From: Trichoplax sp. H2
Taxonomy: Eukaryota
NCBI GenBank assembly: GCA_003344405.1
Contig: NOWV01000138.1
Location: forward strand, 62,001 to 126,000
Reading direction: 5' to 3'
DNA: 64,000 nucleotides
The translations under genes and the position numbers were made by a program. Within the stretch, counting starts at the first letter, position 1. Each line of letters opens with the position of its first letter. Below, in pieces: positions 59,253 to 64,000 of the stretch. Below the pieces are notes generated by a model. That model did no database searches, was not told the DNA's origin, and saw only the letters and a program-made list of their open reading frames with translations.

Positions 59253-59467
59253 AGTGATATTAAGCACTAACTGTATAGGCGGGAGAAAAACACTAAGCTC
59301 CTTTGATACGAGATCTAAAAATACGATTCCTAGCCTATCGCTTATGGCTAATCATTTTGTGTTAGTGATATTAAGCACTAACTGTGCAGGCGGGAGAAAA
59401 ACACTAACCTCCTTTGATACGATATCTAAAAATACGATTCCTAGTCTATCGTTTATTGCTAATCATT
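59253..59467. repeat. Tandem duplication of ~111 bp
   Basis: AGTGATATTAAGCACTAACTGT..AGGCGGGAGAAAAACACTAA.CTCCTTTGATACGA.ATCTAAAAATACGATTCCTAG.CTATCG.TTAT.GCTAATCATT occurs twice. Confidence 0.9.
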
Positions 59468-60654
59468 ACGTCAGATTGACATTCATTTAAGCAGGTTATG
59501 TCGTAACTAATAAATATGGAGTGAGCATAACAAGACTTTAATAAGAGACCTTAACATATTTGGGTTGTTTTTCTACCTACATAACAAAACATCTAAGTTA
59601 TCTTATCATATAAATATAATTCGCACATGCGTAATGTCATTAATAAATTATAAAGCTAGAGATAGGAACTAATCATATGTTTTCTATTTCACGGCAATTT
59701 CCTGACTGTGACACGGTCACACAGGGATAAGACTGTTCTAAGAGTTTAGCATAGTTTTTATTAATAGAGTAGTCGAAATGCTATCGAATCAAGAACTGAG
59801 AAGTTGAGCATTCGCTCCTCTTTTTATACCATACCACCAAACTTGTGGTGTACACATGGTAATTTAGTAACATAACATTGGCATGGTTCATATAGGGAAA
59901 TAACTCTCAATAAACTATATAGTTTACTATAGATACAACTAGTAAACAACTTTAATTAGCAATAACTAACAAATAGCCAATTAAACGAAGGAGGCTCAAC
60001 ACGCTTATTGCACGTTACTCGCACTTTGCAGTGGGTAATGAGGTCTACCAGTAGAAGCGCTATTAAAGTTATATAATTCGATTAACCCAAGTCTTTCGAT
60101 AATTAATTCATGCAATAGAGTTACATCTATATGTATGCATACAACATGTGTACAGTGACATACTGTATAGCCTTAATTACAGCACCATTAAGGGAAAATA
60201 TTCCCATCGTGTTCAAATATTTCGTTACTTTCGTGTCCCATATGACGTTTATGCGATTATAGGAATTAAAATGATTAAGTTAGAAGTGCAAAAACATAAA
60301 TTATTTAAGAACATTGTAGTTGGAAATAGTTAACTAACGTGACGATTAAAGATCTAAATTTATTGCATCATAAGTGCGAAAAAGAATAAGCGATTATTTA
60401 AGAAGGAGGTAAATGTTTAACTACTATAGTTAGCAATGTCACTGCTAGCTCTAACTCTAAGCATACTGCATTATAACTGGTTCTATGCGTATACGTGTAC
60501 GAGCTCTCCGTTTATTTTCGAGAATTTTTCTAATATTTTCCATTCTAGTTATTTTCTTTCCAATCTGAAAAATCGGTAAATAAAATAATAATATAAATGA
60601 GGTAGCCTAAACGTTCATTTCTAAGGTAATCGACCTCTGGTTTGCTATGTTGAA

Positions 60655-61866
60655 TCAAGAGTTGTCTGCAGTTTCGAAGCTTGATAAAGAAATGTTCTCG
60701 ATACTATCACAGTATACATGAGACCAGAAAAATCTGGAGGCATTTTGTAGGCAGCATCCCCATTCAAAGGCTTTTTTTCGATAAAATTGAAATTCTTTGT
60801 TCTGAATTTGGTCTTTATAAATTTCTTCTCCAGCCATTTCATTGGGATACTGTTTATGTGTCGCTGCACAAGCTAGAAATATATCAATAGGACCTGATGC
60901 GATGAGTTCCTTTTTCCAGTCATGAACTGACGGAAGATTGTTAAAATCTCTAGCTGTACTCCCTATTAGAACAATGGCTGGGGTTTCCTTTTTTAAGGAA
61001 ATGAGGGGTACATTCTGATATCCAGTTAAGGTAGCATCAAAATAAAGAAAGATCTCGTTTTCTATCTGATAATTTCTATCTTGGCTCTTGAGCTGAGCGT
61101 GTAAAACTATAGGGATCTTGTATTTAATAGCAGCTTGAATGATTACTTTGCAGACCCAAAAGCATGGCAAGCACTTGAGATGGCGATGAATTATTACAAA
61201 ATCTGCTGAGATTATTTGTTTTACAGTCTGATCCATTTCTAATTGATATGCCAAACTTTGAATTAGCTCTACTGAATGTACGGACAAACTTTGTCTTAAA
61301 TGGCTTACAAGCTTATTAGTAAAATTAGATCCTATGTGACTAATTTCTCCAATTTTTTTTATGTCTGTATACTCGTTCAAAACTAGGGGATTTTCTTTAC
61401 TTGGTGGCTTGGATATTTTCACTTTTGTAAGCAAGTAAGATTGGATTAGAAAATACTCGCTAAAGTTTAAATGAATTTCAATATCACTTTTGAATAAATC
61501 GGATATAGATCTTTTATTAACTATCCGATCCAGATTTTCGATAAGGTTTAGGCAATGTATTCTGACTCGGCTTATCTCCGATAGAAGAGCTTGGCTATCT
61601 ACTGGATATCTCAAGAAAATAAGGGCAATCTGAAGAGATCTAATTTGGCAAGCATTTTCTCCAACAAGTGGATCAAACCTGTTGATATCTTTCTTCGCTA
61701 CGATTTCTAAAGCTTGTTCTGCAGCGATTATTAGTAGTAGATATTCACGGAGACCATTTTCCAATTTTTTGGCTTTATTATTATTAGGATCATAAGGAAG
61801 TAAATGACTTAAGAGAAAATCTCTTTGATTATTGAAAGGAGATCGAAAATTTTTCTCTAATTTCAT
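60655..61866 (-). CDS. Uncharacterised 403-aa protein, intronless CDS; candidate horizontally acquired gene
   Basis: An uninterrupted 1212-nt ORF with globular composition and no metazoan domain I can recognise. Candidate 5'-UTR intron 61946-61869 (GTAAGT...TTTTTACAG) and AATAAA at 60516-60511. Confidence 0.8.
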   Translation of the reverse strand: MKLEKNFRSPFNNQRDFLLSHLLPYDPNNNKAKKLENGLREYLLLIIAAEQALEIVAKKDINRFDPLVGENACQIRSLQIALIFLRYPVDSQALLSEISRVRIHCLNLIENLDRIVNKRSISDLFKSDIEIHLNFSEYFLIQSYLLTKVKISKPPSKENPLVLNEYTDIKKIGEISHIGSNFTNKLVSHLRQSLSVHSVELIQSLAYQLEMDQTVKQIISADFVIIHRHLKCLPCFWVCKVIIQAAIKYKIPIVLHAQLKSQDRNYQIENEIFLYFDATLTGYQNVPLISLKKETPAIVLIGSTARDFNNLPSVHDWKKELIASGPIDIFLACAATHKQYPNEMAGEEIYKDQIQNKEFQFYRKKAFEWGCCLQNASRFFWSHVYCDSIENISLSSFETADNS

Positions 61867-62566
61867 ATCTGTAAAAATGGAATTAAATCGATTGGCTACT
61901 AGTGATGTTCGACTAGAGTTTTAACTAAAAAAGGAAATTAACTTACTGTTGGATTTGCACGAGTTCGAACATAGTACGGTATTTTCTGGCAATATATATC
62001 TATGAATTTCTCCAGAAATTTATGAGTCTAATGGATGACACATTGAACGAATGCTGAAATTAATCCTCAACCAGAAAGGATACAATTCGACGCCAATCTA
62101 CCTTGTGAAGACTTTCAATACACCTAAGCGAATTACGCTAACCGAACTTTACACAATAAAGTTAATGACAATTTCTTTCTTATACCAATAAAATATCATA
62201 TTGCCGATAATTTCGAAGATTAAACTGTCTACAAATATCAAATTTCAAAAAATCGAGAGAATATACGAGGGTGAAATATTGTTGCCTGTTCAAATCAGGA
62301 ACTTTTGAAAAAATTCTTAAATGCCTTTCAAGAAAGTAAACTGCATTGCATGCACATGCTTAATGCAAGCACAATAAATACGCCTTCCGAATATACGAAA
62401 TCCTCTTATTAGCAAACATAGATGATAATGTCATTTCATTTAGGAGTAGGCGAGACAAAAGTATCCAATAATCGAAACTACTATACTACTCTGCCAAACT
62501 ACGTTAATATAATGTTAGAGTAAAGCATCGCTAATTAGAAACCATTCAAAAATATCAGACCATATG

Positions 62567-62590
62567 TTAGGGTTAGGGTTAGGGTTAGAG
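62567..62590 (+). repeat. Interstitial telomeric repeat (TTAGGG)3TTAGAG
   Basis: Read directly from the sequence. Confidence 0.8.
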
Positions 62591-64000
62591 TCATCGCTAT
62601 ATAAAGTAAGTAAGAAGATATAATACAAAAGAATTGAAAGGTTCAAAGCGGAAGAATTGTAATTACTGTTGAAATTCAAGCTTGTAATGTTGTATAGTAT
62701 CTATTGTTGTATAGTTGTACCTAATAATATTAGTCTAGAAGCTGTTATTTTGGAGAAATAATAACTTAATTGAATGCAACCAATACCAAAGTATAATGCG
62801 CGCGAATGGCTAAATGGAGTTGAGTGAGCCAATCTAAAAAAAATAGAAGGATATTACACATCATATACATATGTACTTAAAAGTGAAGAATTATATTATT
62901 ACCAAAACCAGATGGATAGATTGGTGTACAAATTAATCCCCTGGATTCAGAATGATCGCTTACGCCAACTGTCAACTGTGTCGTATTATCGCATTTATAG
63001 CTATGATTGATTGGATTAAGAATGATAATTAAGTAAAATGCTGATTATTTTGTTTACTCACTCGTATTTGTCCTTTAGAATAATCTTTACTGCCACATAT
63101 TAGCATTAGTATCGTCTTATCACAGACACAAAAAAAACTTAGATATTATGATATTATAACAGAATAGTAATAAATCTCAAATAGGTATATAAAATATAGG
63201 AGCTCGAAAGAGCTCGCAGTTGAGACGTACGTATGTATCAAATTGTTTATTCCTACAATTACCTATGTATGATAACTTAACTGTAATAGCATACTTGTTG
63301 TTTAAAAGATGCTGATAACGTAGTTAATATGTTTATAACGACAGATGGAGTATATAAGTGAGATAATGATCAATAAAAATTGTTGTGTGTGTGTGTGTTT
63401 GAGTTACGGTATACAGAAGTGGTCTTGCGGACTAAATTAACATTAACTATAAGTACTAATTGGTTTCTTGTATCGTAAGGCTAGTCATGGCACGTCTTTC
63501 CAAGCCAGGTATAAAATAGATAGCTTGACCAAAAGAATGCCTATTGTTGCCCATAACAGCGGCGACATTGATTGTTATATATATATCATATTAGTGGCCG
63601 CCAATTGCATCTTGACTGCTGATTGCCACAATTAAATTAAAATTATCGCAAAAGTATGCAGCAACTGTGATAGTGAAAGACAAAATATCTATAGGTATAT
63701 ATTTGAACAGACTTATATGTATTTAAAATATACGTTAAGAAATATTTATCATAAACCGACGAAATTATCTCTCGTTATATGCGTAAAGTAATTTGCTTTA
63801 TTAGCCAAAAGTTAAATCATTACGTAAATGCAAAATTTTTCTTATAGGCACAAAATATAATATTGAATGTTAGTTATAATTAATTAAGGTTCATTATAGA
63901 TTCTAACGAAAATCATGCCAGTGTAATAATTTAATTTAAATTTTCAATGGATATCAGACAAATAGAAGTACTTTACCTATTGAGAGGGATAGACTTTATA

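Overview
AT-rich, intron-rich eukaryotic (animal) genomic DNA with short GT-AG introns and three 20-N assembly gaps (3256-3275, 21105-21124, 23916-23935). Gene compactness and sequence style suggest the placozoan Trichoplax, but this is inference. Eight conserved genes can be reconstructed, mostly alternating in orientation: LRR1(+), B9D2(-), TDP1(+), AP4S1(-), striatin(+), VAT1-like(-), MEMO1(+) and Rab1(-). There is also a two-exon orphan gene(+) and a 403-aa ORF(-) of unknown family near the right end. That ORF has no intron in its CDS and looks foreign, yet it carries a candidate 5'-UTR intron, a poly(A) signal and flanking telomere-like repeats, so it is a candidate domesticated horizontal transfer. 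Other notable points: TDP1 has an N-terminal MIU-like helix, a PBZ zinc finger and a GC-AG intron; AP4S1 has a 12-nt microexon and lies head-to-head with striatin as in human; the VAT1-like protein has lost its glycine-rich NADPH loop; several tandem-repeat arrays are present, three sharing a CATGGAC/GTCCATG palindromic core and each lying in a divergent intergenic region. All homology calls come from recognising translated motifs, not from database searches.
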